NCBI GenBank assembly: GCA_951406725.2
Contig: OX597820.1
Coordinates: 119,226,001-119,290,000, forward strand
Direction: 5' to 3'
Length of the DNA: 64,000 nt
Origin: Octopus vulgaris
Lineage: Eukaryota
Under the pieces are notes generated by a model that was not told the DNA's origin, did no database searches, and worked only from the letters and a program-made list of their open reading frames with translations. A program made the translations under genes and the position numbers. Position 1 is the stretch's first letter, and each line of letters begins with the position of its first letter. This document shows positions 13,545-26,949 of this stretch, piece by piece.

Positions 13545-14404
13545 CAGGGTGCGGTGAATATATTGTCGTCTACCTTACGCAAAAATGAAAATGACTCTCA
13601 CATCTCATTTTAACAGATATCAAAATATCTTGAAATACTAAGGAATAAATTTATTAAATACAATCACCATTGGCTTCACCCACGACCTCCAGACGACTTT
13701 GGAATCTCTTGCAACTCTTCTCAGCAGTCTCCCTGCTTAATTTGGTGCATGCTGACATAATCATTGCCTCCAGTTCATCTTTGGTTTTGCAAGTAGTTTT
13801 GCAGGTCTCTCGCTCAACTGCACCCCACACATAATAATCAAGGGGGTTGCAGTCTGGGGAGATAGGTGACCAGGTGTTAGGAGTGATGTGGTCACAGAAA
13901 TTGTCTGACAGCCATGATTGGGTTCCTCTGCTTGTGTGGCATGCTGCAGAGTCCTGATGCCAGACACAGGGTCTTCCAGCAGCGACCCTCTTGGCCCAAG
14001 GCAGCACTATATACGCTAGGCACTTGACGTAAGGCTCTGTGTTGAGTTTGAGGTTGTGCAGGAAGATGAATGGAAACATAACGTCACCATCACTAGTGAT
14101 CACTCAAAACACCATGATGTTAAGTAGATGTTGGATTTTTATCAATCTCGATACATGCACTCTCCTCAGATTGACACCCAAACCCTCTGAGATGTTCGTA
14201 TTGGAGCTTCCAGTCGAATGCCAAACAGTGCAGCATATCATTTCCAAATTTCTGGCTGAGTGAATTGCGTCAGAGTGTTGTTTTTCTCAAAGCCGGTGCC
14301 CAACTGACCCTACTATACTGTGTAGTCGACAAATTCAAAAAAAAATGATGTGTCTGCGCGAAATTAAAAGTATAAGATAGCGAAAATCTACCCTTCGCAC
14401 ACTG
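13545..14404 (-). mobile_element. Internally deleted DD37D (maT-type) Tc1/mariner transposon
   Basis: ORF 13654-14103 has QDSAACH...SPDCNPLDYYVW with exactly 37 residues between the last two catalytic Asp; degenerate TIRs cagggtgcg / cgcacactg in TA context. Confidence 0.85.
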
Positions 14405-14419
14405 TGTATATATATATAA

Positions 14420-14800
14420 GGCAAGAAGTTTATGAGGAACTCATTCAACCAATTTGTTGACTTTTCCAATGGTACGCATGTGTCGATGAATGGTTGAATG
14501 ACCAAATCCGTACTTCTCTGCTCGTTCCTCAACAGTTACAACAGGGTTTTGTTCCACCAGGGTTTGCAGGACGTCCGCGTCGAGCACTACAGACCTTCCA
14601 GGACGAGGCTCGTCTTCTGGGCTGTAGTTTCCGGCTCACAATTTTTGGAAACACGGTTGACATTGGCTTACAATTATTGTCCGAACCCCATATACTGCAT
14701 TAATATTCCTCACACTTTCCGTTGCGTTGTTGCTTTTGTTGAACTCAGAAATCAAATTATGTCGAATATGTTCCTTCGTCACTTCCATTATATCTTTGAA
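14420..14800 (-). pseudogene. Mariner transposase N-terminal (HTH) fragment
   Basis: Minus-strand translation gives EDEPRPGRS..LVEQNP..TVEE..STIHRH..IGKV.KL and a WVPHKL-like motif; homologous to 22345-22600. Confidence 0.75.
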
Positions 14801-14952
14801 GGAATATTTCAAAACCTACACTAAGAATAAGGACAAGGTAAAGTTACTATCTGCTTTGATAGAAAGTCGATACAGGGAGTTTATCCCGTCCTCTTACAAC
14901 TGTTAGCTCCTGGAACTGAAAAAACAGGAATGTTGATGGGATCACACATGAC

Positions 14953-15014
<62 letters not shown>

Positions 15015-15243
15015 ACAGGAAGGTTTACGAAAATAAACAAAAGACGAAGAAAGGTTTACGAAAATAAACAAAAGCCGAAGGCAGGTGGAGTACAAACAAA
15101 CAATTGTATTAGTATGGCACTCAGGAATAGAAATAAATCAAGTCTTTTACGTTTCGAGCCTATGCTCTTCGACAGAAAGATACATAGAAAAGAAACAAGG
15201 AGAGAAAAAAATGCGTGTACGGTCTAACGATCCAACATGGCGT
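15015..15243 (-). mobile_element. Solo Penelope 3' terminal-repeat fragment with hammerhead-like motif
   Basis: Minus strand ctgtcgaagagcataggctcgaaacgta (15148-15175); homologous to 26235-26443. Confidence 0.8.
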
Positions 15244-15559
15244 TCATACACACACACACACACACACATATTATATATATATATATAATAGCAGGGCTCG
15301 TGAAAAATTCACGGAAAATGCAAAAAGTATAACCATCTGTAAATTGTGCGCTGGTGCCATGAGAAATATTTCTGTATTTTGACACTTACAAAATATAGAA
15401 AGAAGGGTAAAACAAAATAACTATATAATCCAAAATATCTCAGTTACGCAAATGTAAACGGAATTACTATTTATCCTTGAAATACATCGTACATATTCAA
15501 AGAACCTTCTTGGGTTAGTGGTACAGAACGTTCTTTTGGCATTCATTTATTCTTTCTCT

Positions 15560-15760
15560 TGCTTCCATCATTTAATGATGGTCATACTGGAGCACAGACC
15601 TTTATTCGAAGAAATCGCCCCCTGGACTCATTCCTTTTAAGCCTGGTGCTTATTCTATCAGTTCTTCTGCCGAACAGCTAAGTTACAGGGACGCAAACAC
15701 ACCAACATCGGCTGTCAAGCTATGGTGGGCGGGGGAACAAACACAGAAACAAAAACACAC
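15560..15760 (-). mobile_element. Degenerate SINE family A, 3' half
   Basis: Reverse complement of ttgacaaccgatgctggtgtg...cggcaaaagagaccgatagaataag. Confidence 0.7.
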
Positions 15761-15844
15761 ACAGACATACACACACACACACATTTATATACAAATATAT
15801 ATATATATACATATATACATACATACATACACACATACATACAC

Positions 15845-15917
<73 letters not shown>

Positions 15918-15929
15918 CATAAATACTCA

Positions 15930-16652
15930 AAAAGATTACCTAGTGTACACTATGGACACATGAGCGGTGCAGAAATATCAAAGGAAGGCTAACTGGGAAG
16001 ATAGTTTTGTATATGACAAATGCTTAGGAGCAACAAATACTGCAAATGTGCAGAGAACAGCTTCAGTCACATTCCTGGGAGAAAAACTACAAGTAGTTGA
16101 TAGCTTCCGTTACCTAGGTGACCAAGTCAGTGGCGGGGGTGGATGCTCTGAATGTGTAGTTGATAGAATAAGAATAGCCCGGGCAAAGTTCAGAGAGCTC
16201 CTACCTCTGCTGATGACAAAGGGCTTCTCGCTTTGAGTAAAAGGTGAATAGTATGACGCATGTATACGAACAGCCATGCTACACAGCAGTGAAACATGGG
16301 CCGTGACTGCTGAGGAGATGCGTAAGCTTGCAAAGAATGAAACCGGTATGCTCTGCTGGATGTGTATTGTCAGTGTGCATTCATGACAGAGTGTAAGCGC
16401 CCTGAAGGAAAAGTTGGACTTCAGAAGCATCTCGTGATGTGCAAGAGAGACGACTGCGCTGCGATGGTCATGTGTTGCAAATGGATGAGAACAGCTTTGT
16501 GAAAACGTGTCACACGCTAGCAGTTGTGCTAGCTAGAACCTGTGGAAGAGGTAGACCCAGGAAGGCATGGGATGAGGTGGTGAAGAACGACCTTCGAACA
16601 TTGGGCATCGCTGAGGCAATGACTAGCGACCGAGACGTTTGGAGATATGCTG
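15930..16652 (+). pseudogene. RTE-clade LINE 3' fragment (end of RT and C-terminus), with stops
   Basis: VVDSFRYLGDQ..RIRIARAKFRELLPLL; YDACIRTAMLHSSETW; [29 protein letters not shown]. Confidence 0.85.
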
Positions 16653-16669
16653 GGATATATATATATATA

Positions 16670-16802
<133 letters not shown>

Positions 16803-17337
16803 TTGTACCCTGCGTAAGTTGGACCTATTAATGCAAATATTTCTATATTTATACTTAAAATTTCATCAACTGAGGGTCTCCACATTTTGCATTCTCTCGT
16901 TTTGCATGCCTACATATATATATATTTTGTATTTCCTACTCAAATTATCATATTTACTATACTTAATGTATCAAATTTATTTATCCGCATAATTGCTTCT
17001 ATATCCGTTCAACTTGATCCCTTTTACAGCCATTCTTTACTTTGCGTAAACACATCGGAATCTAAGTTTGAATCGCTTGAGTACTACTAAGCAGCTTTTA
17101 TACTGAGAATCTCTGGATCTCTTCTGTGGACTATATGTTTATATATATATATACCCGCATAATATCTATATAAACTAATTTATATTGTATACAAATAAAT
17201 CTCTATAAAAATACGCGTGTATTTATATGTGCATATATATACGATTATAGTTTTTATTTAAAATTTTATGCATATGAACGTTGTAAACACGCACCTGTAG
17301 AAATACGGATTGTATAATAGACATACGTATACGGAAT

Positions 17338-17724
17338 GTGGAAGCACTCCGTCGGTTCCGACGACGAGGGTTCCGGTTGATCCGAATCAACGGAACAGCC
17401 TGCTCGTGAAATTAACGTGTAAGTGGCTGAGCACTCCACAGGCACGTGTACCCTTAACGTAGTTCCCAAGGGGATATTCAGCGTGACACAGAGAGTGACA
17501 AGGCCGGCCCTTTGAAATGCAGGTACAGCAGAAACAGGAAGTAAGAGTGAGAGAAAGTTGTGGTGAAAGAGTACAGCAGGGATCACTACCATCCCCTGCC
17601 GGAGCCTCATGGAGCTTTTAGGTATTTTCGCTCAATAAACACTCACAACGCCCGGTCTGGGAATCGAAACCGCGATCCTATGACCACGAGTCCGCTGCCC
17701 TAACCATTGGGCCATTGCGCCTCC
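17338..17724 (-). mobile_element. SINE family C (tRNA-derived), full length
   Basis: Reverse complement of 47797-48175; 13-bp TSD acgtatacggaat at 17325-17337 and 17725-17737. Confidence 0.92.
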
Positions 17725-17857
17725 ACGTATACGGAATATGCGTTATATACAAGTGCTGTCTTGATCAATACTAATATAAGGAAAACGATCACATTCAAAG
17801 TTTCTTCACATCTCCCCATATCACGTTCCGTGTTATATTTTTGATGTATCACCTTTG

Positions 17858-19470
17858 TTAGGTTGGAAAAGAAATCTTGTTGCTTTTTTACACGATCATT
17901 TTCAGGATACTTGCTTTAATACTGGAAAATAAGCGTTTTGACATCCTAGGCATTTTTCTATTCTTTCTGATTTGGTGCTTAAATTACTGTCGATTGTTTC
18001 CTTTTTAAAATGAGTTAAGATCAGATTCATATCAGAGACTTCTCGTTGAATGCATTCGGAAGTTGGTCTTCAACAATGATGGCGGCAAGAACTATTCATT
18101 CTTTGTTTGGAAATGAAACTTTAAATATCCGGACATTCAAACAACTGTTTGGTGAGTTTTGCTTGACAAAGTTTTCTCTCGTAGATTTCCCTCAAACTAG
18201 GCGAGCACATTCTGTCAATATTGAACTTCTGAAAGCCGTAGTTCATGAATATCTAAAGCAACTTGCATGAGAATTAGCAAAACTGTACTTTGAAGTCACA
18301 TATCGATCATAAACTAGGAAAAATATCTCAAAATGTCACTCAACACCCGGCTGCTTTTAACCTTAATTACAGAGTTATTCTCTGCTCATCAAAGAAGTGT
18401 GCAATTTCTACCAAACATTTCCTGAATTGAATTATCAGAACTGATGAAAAATGGATTTTCTATAATCACTTCTAACGAAAACGACAATGGTTAGCAACCA
18501 ATGAAAAGAGAGAATCCATTCCCAAGCCAGGACTATACCCGAGGAAGCTATCCCCTGAGCTTGGTGTGGTACGAAGCGTGTCAACTCTCAATAAGTGTTC
18601 AACTGAAATCCAGTAATTACTACGAATTTAAAATGTCATCGTTTGGAAGCATTGCGCAAAAATTTGCAGATAAGCACCCATGAAAGATTAATCATATTGC
18701 GATTGCTAAATCCTAAATAGGTGCAAGTGTGGCCGTGCTTCTGAAACACAGGGGTTCGGGTTCAGTCTCACTGTGTGGCACTTGGAAGAGTGTCTACCAG
18801 TATAGCCTCGGGCCGGCTCAAGCCTTTTGAGTGGATTTAGCAGGCGGAAACTGCAAGATGTCCGTCGTATATGTGTTTGTGTGTGTGTGTGTTTGTGTGT
18901 GTGTTTGTCAGCCACTTGATACCCAGTACTGGTGTGTTTATGAACACGTAACTTAGCGGTTCGGCAAAAGAGTCCTATAGTATAAGTACCAAGCTTTAAA
19001 ATAATAAGTATTGGGACTGATTCATTCGACTAAAACTTATTGAAGGTGGTGCCCCAGCATGGCCGATGTCAAATTACTGAAACCAGTAAAAGGTAAAGTG
19101 TTACAGGTGATGTGATGCTTATACACGACATTACACAATCCTAGAGTCCTCAAGTCACGCAGCAGAAGACAAAGTACAGCACTAAATATGGACGATCTCA
19201 TTCTACGATCTCATTATCGCCTTTTCAAGATCGTTGCAAAGTCATTTCGTTTATTAATCATGAAGAGGTTGGAAATGGTCTTGAGTGTTTCATATTTTCA
19301 AAATCTGAAGAATGTTATGCCAGAGGGATAAACAATTTAGCAAATAGATGGGATTAATTTATCAACAATGAGGGTAAATATTAATCTTGATAAAATATAT
19401 CAATGAAGATTTCAGAAACATTTGTTTCTTTCCCATCTTAAAGTCTGACATGATTGTCTTTCCAAATTAA
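17858..19470 (+). mobile_element. Decayed mariner element interrupted by a SINE
   Basis: Degenerate TIRs ttaggttggaaaagaaatc / gattgtctttccaaattaa; TDEKWIFYN..RKRQW at ~18440-18490. Confidence 0.7.
18718..19097 (+). mobile_element. Degenerate full-length SINE family A nested in mariner
   Basis: Head, internal (TG)n and tail motifs in the same order as the 62459 copy. Confidence 0.8.
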
Positions 19471-20365
19471 TGCATTAATGTATATGTATACGAAGAAACA
19501 CACATGTACATACATTTTTGCATATACATGCGCAAAAATTTGTATATATATGTATATATATGCATATACATAGACATATGTATGTAATTATTCATGTACG
19601 TAAATGAGAATGATTAGATAAACGATAGAACATGGCGCTCAATACATTAGCTAGGAGTTTCATATATTTTTAATAAAAATTTCACTCACCATCAGCTAAT
19701 TGCATACACATTACTTGCAAAATACGATAAATTGCATAAATATTCAAAACACTGAAAATGTTAGCATCAAATCTACATATAATTAACGATTTAAATGTTC
19801 GAATAAATAATGCCAATTTTGGTTAATTGGCATTTAATAGTTATTTGGTTTTCTAAAATTTAAGTGATTTCAGAAGCTTTCATCTTCATGTTTAGCGAAA
19901 AAGATTATTATCTCCCTTTCATGTCTGCAAAAATCTAACGTCAAATCGTTTAGATGTCTTGACCTGGATAAGGTTTTCTTTACAATTTCAATGGAGTAAT
20001 AATTTATCACAATTCAGATGACGATGTATTTGTCACTTACTATTCAATGACGTAAACGCATTCTTAAAAGTCATTCTTAAAACTGATACAGTTTAAAAAA
20101 AAAAAACAGTTGGTGTTTATGAAAGTAGTAAATATTTACTGTTTCGTTTAGTCTCAATTCTGTTTATAACACATTCTATTAGGAAGGCGCGAAGAATTCT
20201 GCTACCAGTCACCCTCACTTGAATTAGAAGACTCGAACGAAACGTAATAAGGATCTCGACGGGACTTCATTCATCTGAGGAACTCATTAAAAGAATTAAG
20301 TCCTAGGGAATATTGACAAAGTTTATTCAAAGTCTATGTATATGTGTGTATGTGTGTGTGTGTGC

Positions 20366-20421
<56 letters not shown>

Positions 20422-20425
<4 letters not shown>

Positions 20426-20675
20426 GAAATATTAAAATTACTAAGTCTCTCTAAAGGAGATTACGGCAGCGTTACTGGAAATTAATAGTTATCGCCATAC
20501 TTATATGGCAGTCTTATAAATATAAGACTAAAGCTGTCGCTGATTAGCTCCAAGAGGCCACCGCCCCAAGCTAGCTATTTGACAAACAACCTGCGTCCAT
20601 TATAAACCTTCGAACAGGGGAGGTCAGCCGCTTCATCCTGCCAGTCAGACAGCTGCAGACATGTTTCAGGGTATA
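20422..20675 (-). mobile_element. Probable Penelope-type terminal repeat between (TA)n tracts, truncated inside a hammerhead
   Basis: Minus strand begins ...CCCT GAAA CATG TC TGC; shares atggcagtc..ttagc..ttcgaacag motifs with 32212-32430. Confidence 0.5.
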
Positions 20676-20698
20676 AATATGTGTATGTGTGTGTGTGC

Positions 20699-20802
<104 letters not shown>

Positions 20803-21613
20803 ATATATATATATATATGTGTGTGTGTATATGTGTGTGTGTATGCTGCCCATGTTAGATATTCTGGGGGTGACGCTTCTAATTACGATTTTTTAAGAGT
20901 CTCTCTTAGCGGAATGCAAATTTGCTGCAATCCTCAAAGAACAAGTAATGCAGTAATGCAATAAGATGTAAGACTGAAGACTTTGCTGCCGCCTGTGACA
21001 GTGGCTTTGATGAATGTATTCTATAAGATTCACCCAGAACCTCGTCTGGAACAGATTTGGTCTTTAAGGTAAAAGAATGCAGAGTTGGTATTCTCACAAA
21101 TAGTGGTAATTCATTCTTGACTTCTCTGACGGATTGTAGCTCACTTCGAGTTTAACGATCTTTATAAATATACACACACATATTTAAATATATGCGTGTG
21201 TGTCTGCCTGTCCTTCTATGTGTGTCTCTATATTCAACCGCATACACACACACATAAATGCATACATACAAATATACACTCATATACATACATACACACA
21301 TATACATACATACAAATATACATACGGACATAACACAAATACCGGCATTGATTATTCTAATAGGTCTCTCAAGTTCGAGGCCACTTTGACGATCCAGCCG
21401 CCAACATACAGATAATGAGTAAATACGTTTAATATCCAGGCTACACATGTTTCATAGCTAGCGCAACATCCGAAGCAGTTTTATCAAAACTTGGTGCAAT
21501 CTGCAAGCAACTCATCAGGCGAAATATATCTTAATCAAAGGGAGTTAACATTGTTATTAAAGGATCTCATGTCGACTCGCAAAAGACTCCTTAATTTTGG
21601 ATATATATATATA

Positions 21614-21787
21614 GATCGGTAGCCACTACACACATTTTTCTCTCTCCTTTTTTTTATCTGTGTCCCTTTCTGTAGAAGGGCTTAGGCTCGAAACTTAAAA
21701 TACTTTTTCTATTCCTGAGCGTTATATTAATACATCTGTTTGTTTTATACACCACCTGTCTTCGTCTTTTGTTTTTTAGTAAACTCT

Positions 21788-21790
<3 letters not shown>
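21614..21790 (+). mobile_element. Solo Penelope 3' terminal-repeat fragment with hammerhead-like motif
   Basis: ctgtagaagggcttaggctcgaaactta at 21670-21697; ends at (TA)n. Confidence 0.8.
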
Positions 21791-21835
<45 letters not shown>

Positions 21836-21888
21836 GCGGTGCTCGAACATTGCCGCAGTCAAATGACTGAAACAAATAAAAGAATATT

Positions 21889-21959
<71 letters not shown>

Positions 21960-22029
21960 TTGTTATTACAGACTGTCTTGTGAAGTGTTCAAGTATTGAA
22001 CCTGAAACATTAGGTATAAATATTTTTCA

Positions 22030-22340
22030 ACTACGGCCTCCAGACGACTTCCGAAACTCTTGCAACGCTTTTGGATTGTCTCTGTGTTTAAGGGTTCTCG
22101 CCTTCAGTTCATCTTTAGTGTTACAAGGAGTTTTATTGGTCTCTCACTCAACTGCACCCCACACATAATAATCAAGCGGCTTGCAGCCTGGGGAGTTAGG
22201 TGGCCAACGTTAGGGGATATGTTGTCGCAAAAATTGTCTGAGGACCATGACTGGGTCCTCCTGTTTGTGTGGCATAGTGGGAGAGTCATGTTGCCAGGCA
22301 TAGGGTCTTCCAGCAGCCACCTTCATGACCCAGTGACAGA
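22030..22340 (-). pseudogene. DD37D transposase fragment
   Basis: CHTNRRTQSWSSDNFCDNISPN..; homologous to 13680-14000. Confidence 0.8.
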
Positions 22341-22344
22341 AGCC

Positions 22345-22830
22345 AGTGTCAACGGTGGTCCCAGAAATTCCGAGCCGGAAACAACAAACTAGAAGACGAG
22401 CCTCGTTGTGGAAGATCTGTAGAGCAGGACGAGAACATGCAAACCCTGGCGGAACAGAATCCTATCGCAACTGTTGAGGAATTAGCAGAAATACTTGGAT
22501 TTGGTTATTCATCGACACCTGTGTGCCATCGGAAAATTCAGCAAATTGGGTCAGTGGGTTCCTCTCAAACTTTCCAAGTCTAATTGCGTGCAGAGAGTGA
22601 ACGTTTGCTCCGGGCACGAGAAATGGGTTCTCAATAAAAATGTCAAGCGCCGAAGACAGTTGGTAGGGAACGGTGAATCATCGGCACCCCATGCTGAAGA
22701 AGGTCTTCACACATGTAAAGTGTGTTATCTTTTTGGTGGGATATGAAGGGTCTAGTCGACATTGAACTTTTAAATTCAAAGCAAACGATAACAAAGGACG
22801 TCTACGGCGAGCAGCTTGAGCAGCTGGTCT
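22345..22830 (+). pseudogene. Mariner transposase fragment
   Basis: IHRHLCAIGKFSKLGQWVPLKL, GHEKWV..NVKRRRQ and MLSFWWDMKG..ELL..KQTITKDVYGEQLEQL across frames. Confidence 0.85.
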
Positions 22831-22879
22831 TGCAAATACGTGCATATATATGTAAGTATAACGTATGTTCTGTATATGC

Positions 22880-22912
<33 letters not shown>

Positions 22913-22913
<1 letters not shown>

Positions 22914-25448
22914 CCAAACACGCTACACTTCATTATCCATTTGAATCAACTCTTCCATCAATTTCTTTCTGATACCAAACTTCGTAAACTCCAATCACTC
23001 TTCCATTCCACCCTACCCGACGCCACTACCCCAACTCCTCCACCACCCTTCTCCCCTCCCGATAGGCTCCATCCACCCACACCTAACCCCACTGCCCCTC
23101 CCTACAACCCCTTCTCCCCTCCCGATAGGCTCCATCCACCTACACATAACCCTACTGCCCCCAACCACCCCCCACACACCTCCCCAATCCCTCCCCCTCA
23201 GACCTCCACGAGACCTAGCACCCCTCCTACTTCTATTCCACCCACCCCTTCTCCACTTCCGTCTGTTGTTACCATTCCCCTCGATCTTCCCCTCTCTGCG
23301 GCTGAACGCTCCGTCCTTGGTAGGGGTCTGCGTTTCATCCCCCTCACTCCATCCTGTAAGGAATTCCAGACGCGAGTTGATGTCCACAGCTTTGTGCGCC
23401 GTGTCCGGTTGGGTGCGCATTACCACGACTCGCCACCCACACCCAACGAAGAGGACTGCTTCACTGGCCTGGGCCGCCGACCATCCCCGTGGACGCCTGC
23501 CCCTGGCCAGATCCTAGCAGTGGATCTTTACGCGGGCGCTTGTCAGCGTGCATTGGAGCGGTTCAACTTCTCCAGGCGCCAACGCCGCCTCAACATCTCC
23601 CCGGCTGAGCTCTTGGCTCTTCGTTCCCTCCAACGGCGCGCTGACATTATCATCAAACCGGCTGACAAGGGTGGAGCTGTAGTGGTGTGGCGCGCGGACC
23701 TCTATAGGGCCGAGGCTTTCCGCCAACTCAATGACACCTCCTTCTATTCCCCTCTGCCCTCTAACCCCACACGTAGCTACCAACAGACGGTATCCTCTAC
23801 TGTCCGCGACCTCATCTCGTCCTCCCGTCTCCCCCGCATCGCATCCAACCTAATTGTGCGAACCCCACGTACCCCCACCATTTACTTCCTCCCCCAAATC
23901 CACAAACCCAACAACCCTGGCCGCCCCATCGTCTCCGCCTGTAACTGCCCCACGGAGCTCATCTCTAAATACCTCGACCGTGTCCTTGCCCCCTAGTGGC
24001 ATCTCTTCCCTCCCACATCCACGATACCAACCATGCTCTCCGGCTTTTCAACTCTTTCTCCTTTCCTCCCGGCTCCTCCAAAATCCTTTTTACTATGGAC
24101 ATCCAAAGCCTCTATACTGTTATCCCTCACCACGAAGGACTGCAGGCCCTTCGACACTTTCTTGACCTCCACTCTAACCCTGTACCTGACACCTCCACAC
24201 TCATTCGTCTGGCCGAACTTGTCCTTACTCTGAACTGCTTCTCGTTCGCGGGCGAGTTCTACCATCAGGTCTCGGGAGTGGCCATGGGAACGCGAATGGG
24301 CTCCAACTATGCGAACCTGTTCGTTGGCTATGTTGAGGCCCAAATATTCTCTAATTTCACTGGTCCCACTCCTGAACTATATGGTCGTTACATTGACGAC
24401 ATTATCGGTGCCACCTCACTCTCCCGCGAACATCTAGATTCCTTCCTCTCTTTCGTCCAATCTTTCCATCCAGCCCTCCACTTCACTTCCACTATCTCCA
24501 ACACTTCTGTCTCCTTCCTCGACATTTATCGGTTAGCATTCTTCACTCCACTCTTACCACCTCCATTCACTACAAACACACAGACTCACACTCATACCTC
24601 AACTTCTCTTCCTCCTACCCAGAACACACCCAGCTTTCCATCCCCTATTCCCAATTCCTCCGTCTACGTAGGCTCTGTAGTGACGACCATGACTTTGAGA
24701 CTCAGTCTCAACGTATGGCTCACCACTTCACCCTACGTGGATACCCCCTCACCACTATCCACACCGCCCTTGCCAGAGCACGGTCCGTGGACCGTGTATC
24801 TGCTCTCTCTCCCCGAACCCGCCCTGTAGTCTCCCGCCTCCCTTTTCCCCTCACTTACCACCCCACGACCCTACGTCTCCAACGCACCATTCTTCGAGCT
24901 TTCCGTCATCTCCAGTCCGACCCGTCCACTTCACACCTCTTCCCTAACCGACCCCTCCCCTCTTTCAAACGAGCCCACAACCTTCGAGACCTTTTGGTCC
25001 ATAGCTCCTTCCCTGACCCTACCTCCCAACCCGGCTCTTTCCCCTGCTCCCGCCCACGTTGCCGCACTTGCCCTTACCTCTCCAACACCACCCTCCTCAC
25101 TAGCACCCACCATCGACCCTATCCCATCATCCACTCCTTCACCTGCACCTCCAGCAATATTATCTATTGCGTCTCTTGCTCTCTCTGCCATTCCTTGTAC
25201 ATCGGACAAACGGGACGCCGCTTGGCTGACCGGTTCGCGGAACACCTTCGTGACATCCACCTTGCGAACGACACACCGGTCTCACGCCATTTCCGCTCCA
25301 CCGGTCACTCCTTGCAACACCTATCTGTGTTCGGTTTGTCCTTACACAGAGGCCATCCGGATTCCCGTTTGCGCCGTGAACAGGAATTAATCTTCTCTCT
25401 TCGCTCTTATACGCCATTTGGTCTCAACTCTCCCCCCTCCTCATCTAA
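22913..25448 (+). pseudogene. Penelope RT-GIY-YIG polyprotein, frameshifted
   Basis: IIKPADKGGAVVVW, PGRPIVSACNCPTE, FTMDIQSLYT, GVAMGTRMG.NYANLF, YGRYIDDI, VSFLDI, SIPYSQFLRLRRLCS, CSRPRCRTC linker, NIIYCVSC..CHSLYIGQTGRRLADRFAEH..REQELI..GLN; frameshifts at ~23993 (-1) and ~24527 (+2), probably also at ~25435. Confidence 0.93.
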
Positions 25449-25825
25449 CCCCCTCTCCCCCTCTTCACCTATCCTTCCCCCGACCCCTACTTCTTCAGTC
25501 CTTCATCCTTTCACCCCTACTCCCCTTCCCTTCTTCCCTCTTTCTCCCTCCCTCCTTCCCTCTTCCCCTTCCCTCTGCTCCCTCACTCCCCTTCTCTCTC
25601 CCCCTCTCCCTCTTTCCTCCTTCCTCCCCCCATCCTCCTCCCCTTCCTTCTCCCCTCCTCTCCCCCTCTCCTCTTCCCCCTCTCCTCCCCTCTTCTTCCC
25701 CCCCATTCTTCCCCTCCCCCTTCTTCCCCTCCCCCTCTTCTCCCCCTCCCCCTCTTCTCCCCCTCCCCCTCTTCTCCTCACTACACCACACGACTTTACA
25801 CATCACATCATATATGATGTGCCAT

Positions 25826-26140
25826 ACTAATACATACACCAACTAATACATACTAATACGTACTAATACATACTAATACATACTAATACATACACCAACC
25901 CTATACATACACACGTCCAGACCCCTCATACGCACTTATACTCTCTCATACACACACACACACACTTATACATACTAATACGTACTAATACATACTAATA
26001 CATACTAATACATACACCAACCCCATACATACGCACGTCCAGACCTATCCTACGCACTAATACTCTCTCTCACACACACACACACACACACCCTTATACA
26101 TACTAATACATACACCAACCCTATACATACGCACTAATAG
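25826..26140. repeat. (TACTAATACA)n and ~120-bp tandem repeats in the PLE 3' UTR
   Basis: Repeated tactaataca and caccaaccctatacatac blocks. Confidence 0.85.
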
Positions 26141-26312
26141 CTGGTCATTCAACCCTATTATCAACCCTATTATCTCCCCTTATTTCGCTCTCGCGTCTCA
26201 TGTTTGATCTTTGACCTCTGTCCGAAATCAGATCGCCATGTTGATTCGTTAGTTACTGCACGCATTTTTTTCTCTTCTTCTTTCTGTGTTTTTTTTCTCT
26301 CTGTGTATCCCA

Positions 26313-26341
26313 CTGTTGAAGAGCGTAGGCTCGAAACGTTA
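26313..26341 (+). ncRNA. Minimal hammerhead-like motif (A6U variant) in PLE terminal repeat
   Basis: CUGUUGA A GAGC GUAG GCUC GAAA CG UU; palindromic AACGUU in place of stem III. Confidence 0.65.
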
Positions 26342-26441
26342 AAGACTTGTTTTATTTATATTTCCTGAGCGCCATACTAATACAATTGTTTGTTTGTTTT
26401 CCGCCTGCCTTCGTCTTTTGTCTATTTTCATAAAAGCTTCC

Positions 26442-26511
<70 letters not shown>

Positions 26512-26853
26512 ATTTATGTGCTAATCTGGTATATTCAATTCAAGAATGCATAGCTTCTCATGCAAAGTCAGAAATCCAGGATCTTGAATTATCCAGAAAA
26601 ATTTTTTTGCTAGTATATTTTGTCTCTTTCTTTGTCTTCTCTCCTAGCGCTGTGGCCTTAGGGTCAGAGTTTTGACTGCTATTTCAGCATGGTGGTATCT
26701 CTGAGATACCCTAATTTATAGTTTAAAATAATTATTACCTTTGTATGGTATTTATTCCCATGCTAGCCACTTGATATGATCGATATTTAAATATCTATAT
26801 TATCCTTATTTATAAATTTATACATACATATATATATATATATACATATATAT

Positions 26854-26949
<96 letters not shown>

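Larger units (their letters stand above)
22913..26443 (+). mobile_element. Penelope-like retroelement (Neptune-type), 5'-truncated, inserted in (TA)n
   Basis: RT + GIY-YIG coding region, long pyrimidine-rich 3' region, terminal repeat with hammerhead-like motif; (TA)n on both sides. Confidence 0.93.

Noticed and set aside
22722-22912. N-terminus of the 424-aa ORF as a mariner-PLE fusion protein
   Set aside because: Chance read-through of a mariner fragment and (TA)n into the truncated PLE frame
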